A DNA stretch of 64,000 nt from Trueperaceae bacterium (GTDB lineage Bacteria; Deinococcota; Deinococci; Deinococcales; Trueperaceae), in assembly GCA_034521635.1 (NCBI GenBank), contig JAXHMC010000031.1, positions 62,677 to 126,676 on the forward strand. The letters run 5' to 3'. The notes beneath the pieces were generated by a model. That model did not search any database and was not told the origin of the DNA. It saw nothing but the letters and a program-made list of their open reading frames with translations. The position numbers and the translations under genes are program-made. Shown one piece after another: positions 13,196 through 23,081 of the stretch (position 1 is its first letter; every line of letters starts with the position of its first letter).

Positions 13196-13905
13196 CAGCG
13201 GACCTTCTCGTAGTAATCAGGCACGTAGAGAATCCCTTGTTCAAGACGAGCATCGAAGAAGACCGGTTCTGCCTTACCCTCGACCCATTCGCCCCCGTCA
13301 GGACCGTGTTGCCGATACGTCACACCGCCCTTGCTTTTAGGCGTGTACTTCATGTCAAAAAGCATTCGTCCAAGCTCATCGGTGTGGTCGATAGCTTGTT
13401 CGTGGCCGTCTGGTGGCGCAAAGTAGGCGCTAAACTCGCGCGTACCGAGGTAGGGGCGGCTAAACGCCTGCCCCTTACTAACGCGACGATTAAAGATCGT
13501 TTCGTACTTGTTCAGAACCGCTCCCTTCGGTTCCTTGTCTGTCGCGGCGTGCTTTTTGAGCACAATTTCAGCCCGAATAAGATACGCAACGTCGCGAAGA
13601 ATCAGGCTGTAGCGTTGGGTGCGGTCTGTCTCGGCGTCATAAAGCCCTTCGCCGTCTTTCGCCCACCCTTTTACCGTACGCGCCGATACGGTGCTTCTAA
13701 CCTCGTTTCGCACCAGCCCAAAGTGGCGAATCGGATTTAAAATCCAGATCTCGCGCACCTTCCAATAAAACTCGGGCTTCCAGGCAATCGCTTCTAGCAC
13801 ACCGCGAGCCGCAGAAGGCGTCATCACGTCGTAGCTTACGCGCTCGACCTTGTGTTCTGGTCGCGTAAAGCAGGCGTAGTCACCCCAAACTTTGACTTCA
13901 AGCAA
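13195..13905 (-). CDS. cas5: Type I-C Cas5 (Cas5d; pre-crRNA endoribonuclease)
   Basis: N-terminus MLEVKVWGDYACFTRPEHKVERVSYDVMTPSAARGVLEAIAWKPEF is the characteristic Cas5d start. Confidence 0.9.
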   Translation of the reverse strand: MLEVKVWGDYACFTRPEHKVERVSYDVMTPSAARGVLEAIAWKPEFYWKVREIWILNPIRHFGLVRNEVRSTVSARTVKGWAKDGEGLYDAETDRTQRYSLILRDVAYLIRAEIVLKKHAATDKEPKGAVLNKYETIFNRRVSKGQAFSRPYLGTREFSAYFAPPDGHEQAIDHTDELGRMLFDMKYTPKSKGGVTYRQHGPDGGEWVEGKAEPVFFDARLEQGILYVPDYYEKVR

Positions 13906-13923
13906 AATATCCTCCTAACGGTT

Positions 13924-16161
13924 TTAAGACGGCTCGGACTCGACAATGCCGAGCTGCGCGTCGTAACTTCCGGTCCACTCCAACAGGTCCAAATCGTTGC
14001 GTTTCAGCAGTCCTTTAGCAAGATACTTATCGATCTTGTTGCTGTAGAGCGTCACCGTGTAGGGCTGCAACGCTCGCTGCGTGTATCCGTTAAGACCCCG
14101 AGACAAAATGCGAGCAACCGCCTCCGGGTCGTACTGCGGTACGAGAACGCCCTCGGTGTCCTGATCGATCATCTGAAACCGAGCGGCAACCTCAGGAAAG
14201 TCGAGCTTGTCACTTAACGCCCGAATCTCCTTTGCGTCGGTCGTGATGCGCCCGTAAAGCCGTGAAAAGTAGCGCTCGAACGTAACAGGGTCGTTTAGGT
14301 CGATGTCACCCTTCGAGAGAAGGTTTCTCGCGATGTCGCGTCCGCTCCGGTACGCACCAGGCGGAACCGTATCGTCTTCGGGCGCAAAAACCACTACGCG
14401 CCCCTGCTCTAAGCGGCTGTTTCGGTTGCAGCGTCCGGCGGCCTGCACGATGCTGTCGAGCGGCCCCAGTGCTCGCAAAACAAGCGGAAAGTCGAGGTCG
14501 ACGCCCGCCTCGATAAGCTGCGTCGACACCACCCGACAGGGTGTACCTGTATCAAGGTGCTCGCGAATATCCCGAATGACTTTAAGACGGTGTGCCGGAC
14601 ACATATCGGTCGAAAGATGGAGCGCCTGGCGGTCTTTTTCGCGGAGTGAACGGTAGAGATCGCGTGCTTGCGCCTTAGTGTTGACGATACAGAGTGCTTG
14701 TTTGTCCTCTAACATCTCGTCGGCAACAGCAGACCATAGCCAGCGCTCTTTGATCTGCGTGTCGTAACGCACCCGCGTAAGTACCTGAAAGTAGTGTGCG
14801 GGGTCGGGGGCGATCTCGGTGACCTCGCGGGTGATGTTGAGTTTACGAAAGAGCGGGGCTAGAGCAGGTTGGGTTGCGGTGCAGAAGACGAGGCTCGAGC
14901 CGTAACGCTCGTTCGTTAGTTCGTTTACAGCGTCAATAATCGGTTCGATGAGCGGCCCGGACAGCGTTTGTGCTTCGTCAAGAACAATCACGGCCTGGGT
15001 GAGGTTGTGCAGCTTGCGGACTTTGCTGGTGCGGTTAGAAAAAAGGCTCTCGAAGAGCTGCACCGTAGTGGTGACGATAACGGGGGCGTCCCAGTTTTCG
15101 GTCGCTAACTTGTGCCAACTGTTACCGACTTCGTGCGCGTCGTCAGCTTGGGTAGGTTGCAAGCTAGAGTGATGCTCTAAAACGTTAGCCGCTCCAAGAG
15201 CTTCGCGGTAGATCGCGGCGGTCTGTTGCGTGATGCTGGTGTAGGGGAGTGCAACCACCACGCGCCGAAGGTTGTGAAGGCGGGCGTGCTCTAAAGCAAA
15301 CGCCAAACTAGCGAGGGTCTTGCCGCCTCCGGTCGGAATCGTCATCTTAAACAAGCCGGGAGGAGTTTGGGCACGCTCTAGCGCGACGTCGAAGAAGGTG
15401 TTGCGGGCTCGAGCCAACACCGTGTCGTCGCGGCGGAGTGATGCTTGAAATGTTTTTAGCTCGCTCAACAGCGTTGCAGGTGTTTCCTGGTCGCGATAAC
15501 GCTGCGAGTGGCGCTCTGGATCGGCGTGTTTTTCAGTGTCAAGCCGATCAGCGTCTACAAGGGCGCTTAGCAGCATACGGATGAAGAAAGCCCGTTGACG
15601 TGGGTGCTGAAATGTTGGTAGCCCGGTGGCCTCTGCCTGATCAACAAGTGCCGCGAGTTGCTGACCCTGCTGACGTATGAGGTGGTTGACATCAGCATCT
15701 TCGGAAAGCTCTTTAAGGCGTTCATCGAGTGCGGCGAGGCCTAAAAGTTTACCGTGGTGGTTAAGCACGACCCAGGCTAATTCGCCTCCTGCACCGTCAC
15801 TGTCCTTTAGCTTTGGATATCGGTACTCGTAGAGAAGGTTAGCAATGCGGGCGCCATACTTAGCGTGTGGAGCACTGCCCGCACGAGGTGGCGTTGTCTC
15901 GTTAAGAGCGGCACGGTAGCACCGAAAGAGATAGTCCTGAAAAGCAGGATCGTACTTTCCAAAGTCGTGAAGATATCCGGCTAATGCTCCTAGCGGTCCT
16001 GCTGAAAAGGTGCTTGCAAACGTTCGGGTACGCTGGGCAACCTCGTCGAGATGATCTTCCAAAAGATGCCAGTGATGGTTGGCGTCTGTTGGTGTGTGGG
16101 CTACTGGCTCGTTTGGCAGAGGGACGGAGGGCTGATTAGGCGACATAGGTTTGACTCGCAT
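13924..16161 (-). CDS. cas3: Cas3 HD-nuclease/helicase
   Basis: N-terminal HD domain (HLLEDHL...YLHDFGKY), then SF2 helicase motifs (GGGKT Walker A; VIVLDEAQ DEAD/H box). 745 aa. Confidence 0.9.
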   Translation of the reverse strand: MRVKPMSPNQPSVPLPNEPVAHTPTDANHHWHLLEDHLDEVAQRTRTFASTFSAGPLGALAGYLHDFGKYDPAFQDYLFRCYRAALNETTPPRAGSAPHAKYGARIANLLYEYRYPKLKDSDGAGGELAWVVLNHHGKLLGLAALDERLKELSEDADVNHLIRQQGQQLAALVDQAEATGLPTFQHPRQRAFFIRMLLSALVDADRLDTEKHADPERHSQRYRDQETPATLLSELKTFQASLRRDDTVLARARNTFFDVALERAQTPPGLFKMTIPTGGGKTLASLAFALEHARLHNLRRVVVALPYTSITQQTAAIYREALGAANVLEHHSSLQPTQADDAHEVGNSWHKLATENWDAPVIVTTTVQLFESLFSNRTSKVRKLHNLTQAVIVLDEAQTLSGPLIEPIIDAVNELTNERYGSSLVFCTATQPALAPLFRKLNITREVTEIAPDPAHYFQVLTRVRYDTQIKERWLWSAVADEMLEDKQALCIVNTKAQARDLYRSLREKDRQALHLSTDMCPAHRLKVIRDIREHLDTGTPCRVVSTQLIEAGVDLDFPLVLRALGPLDSIVQAAGRCNRNSRLEQGRVVVFAPEDDTVPPGAYRSGRDIARNLLSKGDIDLNDPVTFERYFSRLYGRITTDAKEIRALSDKLDFPEVAARFQMIDQDTEGVLVPQYDPEAVARILSRGLNGYTQRALQPYTVTLYSNKIDKYLAKGLLKRNDLDLLEWTGSYDAQLGIVESEPS

Positions 16162-16455
16162 CTGAAAGGCAGTTCCAAAACGTTCGCATGGTAGTCTTGT
16201 TCACCAGCATCAACTCCGTTTTTAGCCTTAGCCGAAAGCCGAAGCCTCGTCTGGCTTATTAAACCATAAATGAGTTACTGGTTCATCCAAACGAACCGTG
16301 CACTAACTATCGCGGCGTTTCAAAAGCCGTCTGCGCCAAATTTAGTCATAAACAGAGTGCTCTAACCGCACCCACGGACGTCTACAGACAAGCCTTCATG
16401 CTATATTTTGAAAAGACTTCAAGCCTTTGGAATGTGTTCTCAGGAGAGAGTGACG

Positions 16456-16656
16456 ATGGCGATTCAAAAACGTAGTGTCGGCTCTGCAATGCGCGAGTTG
16501 CGGCTCGAGAAGGTCTGCCATTCTGTGCCGACTCGTATTCCAGACAGAATGGTGAACAGTATTCGCCAATCTATGCGGGTAGAAGGTTACGAGGTCTCTG
16601 CCGAAGAGACCCGCTCGGCAATCCAGCAGACCCTAGACCGCAGACAGCAGCGCTAA
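16456..16656 (+). CDS. VbhA/PhdA-like Fic antitoxin (small ORF carrying the inhibitory S-x-x-x-E-G motif)
   Basis: 66-aa ORF starting at the ATG at 16456, preceded by the RBS-like AGGAGAGAG. Contains SMRVEG, i.e. S-x-x-x-E-G. It sits immediately upstream of the Fic remnant, as in Class I Fic modules. The ORF track extends it upstream to 16408. Confidence 0.5.
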   Translation: MAIQKRSVGSAMRELRLEKVCHSVPTRIPDRMVNSIRQSMRVEGYEVSAEETRSAIQQTLDRRQQR

Positions 16657-16667
16657 CAGCTCTGTAG

Positions 16668-17355
16668 GTGTCAAAGCACATAGATAAAACCCAATCCGCC
16701 AGACAAACGCAGCCCATCGAGACTCGTAAAGGGCTGCTCAAAGCTTACGAGGATATAAAAAAATGGCTGACTCTAGGAGAGTCGCAAGGTCGGCTATGGA
16801 TCTACGAGAAGGCTAACAGCTACTGGAAAGATAACCCCGTGCGATTACCTCCGGCCCCTAACGACGAGGATATCTACGAACTCCATAGAGTTATGTTTTC
16901 GGCTCTCTTTGACTGGGCGGGTCAAACCAGACAAAAAGATGTAGGACCGGGCGGTCGGGTATTTGTTCGCTACTACGAGGTTCCGGTGCAGCTAAAGTAC
17001 CGCTTTGAAAACCTGCAAGCGCGTGTGTCGGGTTTAGCTATGAAGATGTCCGGTTAAATATCGTCAGAATCATTAGAAGGCGCACCGCGATCAACATCCA
17101 TCCTTTGAAATTACGAACGGTCGTACGGGGCGCGTTTTGGATCATTATATTTTGTGGCACACGCTCGGCCTTATCGGGGCTGATTACGATAGTACGCCCC
17201 AGATCGAGCACTTCCCGGACGAACGTTACGAAAAGCAGTACTCGGACGCCCTGAAAGCGGCGGATGATCACGACTTGGGGCCACTACAAGAATTCTACAG
17301 AGAGCGTATCGAAGAAGCGCTCGAAAGTGTCGGTATATCCGGTCCGGTAGAGTGA
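16668..17355 (+). pseudogene. Fic (filamentation induced by cAMP / AMPylase) domain gene, frameshifted and with a degenerate core motif
   Basis: Frame-0 ORF 16668-17057 contains the Fic N-terminal signature ...LHRVMFSALFDWAGQTRQKDV (the y-x-WAG-x-x-R element). The catalytic-loop region lies in a different frame: 17077-17355 gives KAHRDQHPSFEITNGRTGRVLDHYILWH..YSDALKAADDHDLGPLQEF. Stops at 17055 and 17074 separate the two parts. The core HPSFEITNGRTGR deviates from canonical HPFx(D/E)GNGR. Confidence 0.6.
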
Positions 17356-17565
17356 AGTGCGTCCGCATGTGTCTAGCCCTCGGGGCAGCGACGCGCTTGT
17401 GACGATCTAGCCTTTATTCGTCTCGGCGCGGATCTTAGCGGGTGCTTCTCCTGATGCGTTAAGCCTGAAGGCTCGAGCCCCACCAACCCTCGTCATCCGA
17501 GAGAATCACCGCCTACACCGCTAGCGACGCTATTTGTGGCTTAGAAAGGACGCGAAACACCCTAC

Positions 17566-18186
17566 ATGACCACGAACGTAATCTCTTTAGACCCGAACGA
17601 CGTGCGCGCCGACCACCCCTTTAGCCACCCCGACTACAGCCGCCGAGACGGTGAGGTGATGCGGGACATGATCGGGCAGGTGGGGGAGGGGCTCGAGCCC
17701 TCCCGTGAAGCGTCCCTCTATCGCCAAGACCCGGCGGACGAAGGCTGGCAGTACCGTCTGATCGTGCCGAACGCCGACGTCTTGCGCCAGCGCCGAGAGT
17801 TTGAAGTGGTGGGCTTTTTCGGCCAGCGGCAGACCGATACAGACGCGGACCCCCGACTGCTCGACGCGCTAGACGACATTCTGATCGCCGAACTGCCGAC
17901 ACATCCGGGCATCGTGTGCTACTTTTCGAAGGCGCTCGGCTCCGGTGACTACTGCAACCTCGTCCTGTTTGTCGACCGGGCGGCCAAAGAGCTGTGGGCG
18001 ACGAGTGAAGCATACGCCTTCGCGACGCGGCGCTTGGCCCCCGAACACTACGCGTCGGTCCGTATCCACAACGGGTGGTTGCGGCAGGGCTTGGCGAATC
18101 CGGACATGTTCGTGATGACCTGTAGCAAATACTTCGCCTATCGGCCCGGCTTCTGGCAGGCGCTAAGGCGTTACGAGAATCGTTAG
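17566..18186 (+). CDS. Hypothetical protein (206 aa)
   Basis: Clean ORF with no recognisable motif. One in-frame GLEPS palindrome insertion. Confidence 0.4.
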   Translation: MTTNVISLDPNDVRADHPFSHPDYSRRDGEVMRDMIGQVGEGLEPSREASLYRQDPADEGWQYRLIVPNADVLRQRREFEVVGFFGQRQTDTDADPRLLDALDDILIAELPTHPGIVCYFSKALGSGDYCNLVLFVDRAAKELWATSEAYAFATRRLAPEHYASVRIHNGWLRQGLANPDMFVMTCSKYFAYRPGFWQALRRYENR

Positions 18187-18555
18187 GCGGGAACGAGTCG
18201 GCGGGGTGCGGGGTGGCGGCTCGTCAGACCGGCTTGTAAGGCCGGCTCGGCTTCGATGTGTCGGGCGGTGTCGCTCGAACGGTAGGGCCGCACCTAGACG
18301 AGAGCACGTCGAGAGAACGAGCGGACGCGGGTCTAGCGCTGTACGGCTCGCCGGTACCGGAGATGTCGGGTGGTCGGTAAGGTCGTCGGCTAGCCCGGCA
18401 CCGCTACGCTGTGCGCTCCCCCGAGTAGACAACAAAACCGATAGCGTCTAAACAGGTAACTATAAGATAAGGTCTAGGCCTACATAAATCTAAGCACCGC
18501 TATTTTAGGGTGATAGTTACGCATTTCGATAGTTTCGAGACATTTAGGGGGCACC

Positions 18556-20457
18556 ATGAAACGTTTACACCGCATATTTTTCGTCCTGCTGCTAGCGCTA
18601 ACGGGGCTCGCGATCGCTCAAGAAGATACCCAGCAAGACGTCCAGCAAGACGTCGAAGACACTGTCGGCGAGCTGTTCGACACGCTGAGCGACACGCTGA
18701 GCGATTCCGACACGCTGAGCGCGCAGGGCGAGTTAAGCGTTCCTGACGAGGTGTCGGGCGAGCTGACCAGCGACGACGACGTCCGCGACGGCAGCTACGT
18801 CGACCTCTACACGCTGACCGTAGACGAGCCGATGACGGTGGTCATCACCATGACCTCGGATCCGCTCGACCCGTACCTCTATCTAGAAGCGGAAGACGGC
18901 ACGCAGATCGCCGAAAACGACGATGGGGCGCAGGGCGCGAACGCGCAGATCCAGCGCGAGTTAGAGGCCGGTAACTACCGCATCATCGCGACGACCTTGG
19001 CTAGCGAGGTGACCGGCCCGTACACGCTAAGCGTCCAGGAGGCCGAGACAACAGCGGATGAAACGACAGAGGTCGAGACCGAGACAGCAGAGACAGAAGA
19101 GCTCGAGCAGACCGGTCAGCTTTCTCTCGTCGCTCTACCCTCCTCGTTTAACGACGAACTAACCGCCGACGACGGGCGGCGCGGTGGCAGCTACGCCGAC
19201 CTGTACGTGTTGAGGGTCGACGAAGAGACGGACATCACCATCACCATGGCGTCGGAGCCGCTCGATCCGTACCTCTACCTAGAAGCTGAAGACGGCACGC
19301 TCATCGCGGAGAACGACGACGGCGCGGGCGGCGTTGACGCACAGATCCAGCGGACCTTAGCGCCCGGCAACTACCGCGTGATAGCGAGCACCCTCGCGAC
19401 CGGCGCGACCGGCCCGTACACCCTACGTTTTGCCGAGAGTGAGAGTACGTCGCTCCAGCCGAGTGGCGAGCTAAGCGTTCCGGGCGAGACAGACGGCGAA
19501 CTAACCTCGGACGACGCGCAGCGCGGCGGTAGCTATATCGACCTCTACACGCTGTCGGTAAGCGAAGAGACGACCGTGGTGATTACGATGACCTCGGATC
19601 CGCTCGACCCGTACCTCTATCTAGAAGCCGGAGACGGCACGCTCATCGCCGAGAACGACGACGGCGCGGGCGGCTTTAACGCCCGGATTAGCCGCACCTT
19701 AGAGCCGGGCGACTACCGTGTGCTCGCGAGCACCTTCGCGAGCGACGCGACCGGGACGTATACGTTAGAGGTGTCCGAAGGGGCAGGGCTCGAGCCCAGC
19801 GGCGACCTGACGCTGCCCGCCGAAGTAAGCGGCGAACTCAGCAGCGACGACGCGATCCGAGACAATAGCTACGCCGATCTCTACACACTAAGCATCGCCG
19901 AAACGACCACAGTGGTCATCGACATGACCTCGGACCCGCTCGACACGTACCTCTACCTAGAAGCGGCGGACGGTACGGAGATCACCACAAACGACGACGG
20001 CGGCGAAAGCTTTAACGCCCGCATCCGGCAGGAGCTCGAGCCCGGCGACTACCGCATCATCGCGACGACCTTCTTTAGCGACGCGATCGGCTCGTACACG
20101 CTCAGCGTCCGGGAGGCCGAAGAGGTAGAGCTCGAGCCCAGCGGCGAACTCTCTATCCCCGCCGAAGTCGCGGGCGAACTAAGCACCGACGACGCCCGGC
20201 GCAACGACAGCTACATCGACCTCTACCTGCTGACGGTCGAAGAGACGACGAACGTCACCATCACGATGACGTCGGACCCGGTCGATCCGTACCTCTACCT
20301 AGAAACCGAAGACGGTATGCAGATCGCCGAAAACGACGACGGCGCGCAGGGTTTTAACGCGAAGATCTCGCGAGAGCTAGAGGCCGGCACCTACCGCATC
20401 CTCATCGGTACCTTTACGCCGGACGCGACCGGTTCTTACACGCTCCAGGTAAGATAG
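18556..20457 (+). CDS. Secreted protein with five tandem PPC-like (pre-peptidase C-terminal-like) domains
   Basis: Signal peptide MKRLHRIFFVLLLALTGLAIAQE. Five ~115-aa repeats each carrying GEL(S/T)xPxExxGELxSDDxxRxxSYxDLYxLxVxExTxVxIxMTSDPLDPYLYLEAxDGTxIAENDDGAxGxNAxIxRxLExGxYRIIAxT...G(P/T)YTL. Confidence 0.7.
   Translation: MKRLHRIFFVLLLALTGLAIAQEDTQQDVQQDVEDTVGELFDTLSDTLSDSDTLSAQGELSVPDEVSGELTSDDDVRDGSYVDLYTLTVDEPMTVVITMTSDPLDPYLYLEAEDGTQIAENDDGAQGANAQIQRELEAGNYRIIATTLASEVTGPYTLSVQEAETTADETTEVETETAETEELEQTGQLSLVALPSSFNDELTADDGRRGGSYADLYVLRVDEETDITITMASEPLDPYLYLEAEDGTLIAENDDGAGGVDAQIQRTLAPGNYRVIASTLATGATGPYTLRFAESESTSLQPSGELSVPGETDGELTSDDAQRGGSYIDLYTLSVSEETTVVITMTSDPLDPYLYLEAGDGTLIAENDDGAGGFNARISRTLEPGDYRVLASTFASDATGTYTLEVSEGAGLEPSGDLTLPAEVSGELSSDDAIRDNSYADLYTLSIAETTTVVIDMTSDPLDTYLYLEAADGTEITTNDDGGESFNARIRQELEPGDYRIIATTFFSDAIGSYTLSVREAEEVELEPSGELSIPAEVAGELSTDDARRNDSYIDLYLLTVEETTNVTITMTSDPVDPYLYLETEDGMQIAENDDGAQGFNAKISRELEAGTYRILIGTFTPDATGSYTLQVR
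18726..20454 (+). repeat. Five tandem coding repeats of ~342-388 bp inside the PPC-domain gene
   Basis: Repeat units start at ~18726, 19114, 19456, 19801 and 20143. The substring gatccgctcgacccgtacctctatctagaagc recurs. Confidence 0.7.
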
Positions 20458-20758
20458 CTCTGGTAAGACAGACCCGGTAAGAGGCGAGGGAGTGCGTGAG
20501 GCCGAAACGCCTGTAAAACGCACGAACCGCTAGCGTTTACGACCGAACACACAGCCAAAGACAGACGTAAGTCGGCGCCGATGTGGGGTATAACCACGGT
20601 TACGGTGCCGACTTACGATGATCACCCTACGACCGCGACATGACCGCCGCGCGAAAAAGCACGTCTATAACGAACGCCCGGCCCGCTAGGCACGACCGGC
20701 ACGCCCGGTACGACTGGCACGAAGACGCGGTACGCGCGACAGAGACGCTAAGAACAGT

Positions 20759-21571
20759 GTGACGACTAAACCGAGGACCGAACCGATGACGCTAAGACTT
20801 ACCAACTGCCTCGCGGCTAATTTCGACGGCCCGTTGCGTGCGCTCGCGGCGCGGTGGGGGGCTCGTTTCGACGATACGCTACCGTGGCAGGCCCGCGAAC
20901 AGCTCGTCGATGACGGGCGGGTCGAGGTGGCCTGGACGTGCGGGTTGCTGTTCGCCCTTAAAGACCGGGCGCGTGCGGGGGTGTGGGAGCCGTTCGCGGC
21001 GCCGGTGATGGCGGCGGCGCACTACCGAGACAGGCCGGTCTACTTTACGGAGGTGGTGGTGCGTGCGGGGAGTGGCTACGAGCGGCTCGAGCACCTTCGT
21101 GGGGCGCGTTTTGTCTATAACGACCGGCAGTCGTTGTCGGGCTGTCACGCTCTGCGCGACCTGCGGGCCCAGCAGCGGGGGCTCGAGCCCGTCCACACCA
21201 TCGTGTCGGGCGGCGTCATGTCGGGTGGCCACCTGCGCTCGCTCGCCTACCTCCGCGCCGGCGACGCCGATTTCGCGCTTATCGACAGCACCGTCCTCGA
21301 AGCGTGGCGGCGTACGGAAGGGTCCGAAACACAGCAAGAGACACAGCACGAGGTGCGTTCGCTCGCTCGGTTGGGGCCGTATCCGAGCCCGCCGTTGTTG
21401 GTGCGTGCCGATGTGGCACCGGAGGTGCGCTCGGCGTTGCGGCGAGAGGTGCTAAGCGCCCACGAACGGTGTGGGGTGGCGCTTCGGGCGGCGGGGATCG
21501 CGCGTTTTGTCGCGGCGGAGGCGCGCGACTACGACCGGTTGCGGGCGTACGTGCCGGATGGGGCGGGGTGA
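20759..21571 (+). CDS. PhnD/SsuA/transferrin-family substrate-binding-domain protein (no obvious signal peptide)
   Basis: Weak family-level resemblance: VAWTCGLLFALKDRA, FVYNDRQSLSGCHALRDL, FALIDSTVLEAW. Start uncertain: GTG at 20759 or ATG at 20786. Confidence 0.35.
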   Translation: MTTKPRTEPMTLRLTNCLAANFDGPLRALAARWGARFDDTLPWQAREQLVDDGRVEVAWTCGLLFALKDRARAGVWEPFAAPVMAAAHYRDRPVYFTEVVVRAGSGYERLEHLRGARFVYNDRQSLSGCHALRDLRAQQRGLEPVHTIVSGGVMSGGHLRSLAYLRAGDADFALIDSTVLEAWRRTEGSETQQETQHEVRSLARLGPYPSPPLLVRADVAPEVRSALRREVLSAHERCGVALRAAGIARFVAAEARDYDRLRAYVPDGAG

Positions 21572-21684
21572 GGGGGGGCTCGAGCCCTCACACTGTGCTA
21601 GTCTGCGGTCCATATCAGACCTGATTATCCGATTCCACGATCCGACATCGTAATCTGTATTGTTCGGAGCCTCGTTTGTAAACC

Positions 21685-22830
21685 CTAATAGACGCTCGGC
21701 GGGTCGTAACGGCGCTGGATGGTACGGGCTCGCCGGTAGTACTCGACCAGCGCTTCGGTGCTCGCGCGCCAGCCGTGCTGCTCCATGTCCTGCCGCGCTC
21801 GCTCGCCCATGTCACGGCGAAGGTCGGCGTCGTCGAGGAGGGTCTGGAGCTGTGCGGTCAGGTCGCCGAGGTCGCCGGGTGTAAACATCAGCCCGTTGTG
21901 ACCGGGCGTAATCACGTCGGGGATGCCGCCCGCCCGCGCTCCGACCACCGGTACCCCCGACGCCATCGCCTCCATCGCGACAAAGCCGAGCGTTTCGGTG
22001 TCGGACGGAAACGCGAACACGTCGGCGCTCGCGTAGGCGGCGGCGAGGTCTTGGCCGCCCATGTAGCCGGTAAACACGGTCGGGGTGTCCTTAAACATGT
22101 CGCGAAGCTGCGCTTCGGCGGGCCCGGATCCTACAAACGCGAGCCGGACGTCGCCGAGCTGGGTGACCGGGGCGTAGAGCCAGTCGAGCCGTTTTTCGTA
22201 GGAGAGCCGCCCGACGTAGAGCATAAGCGGTTTGTCGGGTTCGCCGCCCGACAGCCGGTCGCGCATCGCCGCCGACGCGAAGCGCGGGTGGTAGTGCTCG
22301 GTGTCGACCGCCTTGGGCCAGAGCCGCACCCGCCGAATGCCGAGTCCCTGCGCCGAGTTGACCATCGGTTGGCTGGTGCAGAGGTTGACGTGGGCCTGGT
22401 TGTGGACGTCGCGCAGAAAGGTGCGCGACACAGGGCTTAGAAAAGGGAGCTTGAGGTGCACGGCGTACTGGGTGATGTCGGTGTGAAAGCTCGCGAGCAG
22501 CGGCAGGTTGCGCTGTTTGGCGATGGCGGTGCCCCACAGCCCCAAGATGACCGGGTTGACGACGTGGACGATATCGGCCTTGAAGCGGTCGAGTTCGCGT
22601 CCGAGGCGGGGTCGCGGCATCCCCAACACGAGTTCGGGGTACCAGGGTTTGAACGGTACCCCCGGCACCCCCACCACCTTATGACCGGCATAGCTTTTAG
22701 GCGGGTGGTGCGGCGCGAAGATAAGTGCCTGGTGGCCGAGGTCGGTAAGCTGGTCGAGGGTCCGCGTGATCCGCGTGACCACGCCGTCGATCTTCGGCAA
22801 AAACGTTTCGGTAAAGATAGCGATGCGCAT
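21685..22830 (-). CDS. sqdX: Sulfoquinovosyl-diacylglycerol synthase-like GT4 glycosyltransferase (SqdX/SQD2 family)
   Basis: N-terminus MRIAIFTETFLPKIDGVVTRI... and C-terminal FPSDTETLGFVAMEAMASGVPVVGARAGGIPDVI closely resemble cyanobacterial SqdX / plant SQD2. Immediately downstream of sqdB. Confidence 0.8.
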   Translation of the reverse strand: MRIAIFTETFLPKIDGVVTRITRTLDQLTDLGHQALIFAPHHPPKSYAGHKVVGVPGVPFKPWYPELVLGMPRPRLGRELDRFKADIVHVVNPVILGLWGTAIAKQRNLPLLASFHTDITQYAVHLKLPFLSPVSRTFLRDVHNQAHVNLCTSQPMVNSAQGLGIRRVRLWPKAVDTEHYHPRFASAAMRDRLSGGEPDKPLMLYVGRLSYEKRLDWLYAPVTQLGDVRLAFVGSGPAEAQLRDMFKDTPTVFTGYMGGQDLAAAYASADVFAFPSDTETLGFVAMEAMASGVPVVGARAGGIPDVITPGHNGLMFTPGDLGDLTAQLQTLLDDADLRRDMGERARQDMEQHGWRASTEALVEYYRRARTIQRRYDPPSVY

Positions 22831-23081
22831 GATAGTGACGCAACGATACCACGCGCCTACAAAACGGCGGCAGAGACATCAAACCTCTGCCGCACGTTGA
22901 CCACCTCACCCGACCGGTGTCGCTACAAACTCGGCCAGATGACGAGACGAGGCTCGCTACAAACAACCCTTCTAGGCGATGCTGCAACCACCACTTTAGA
23001 CGGATATCGACGGTGACGCTTTGTCCGGAGCGATGTTTTGCGAAACCGCTAAAAGCCGCTGTTCTAACGCTTATGACAACG

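Noticed and set aside
16408-16455. Upstream extension (MKRLQAFGMCSQERVT) of the VbhA-like ORF
   Set aside because: The internal ATG at 16456 has a good RBS and yields a 66-aa product matching antitoxin size. The extension is probably untranslated leader.
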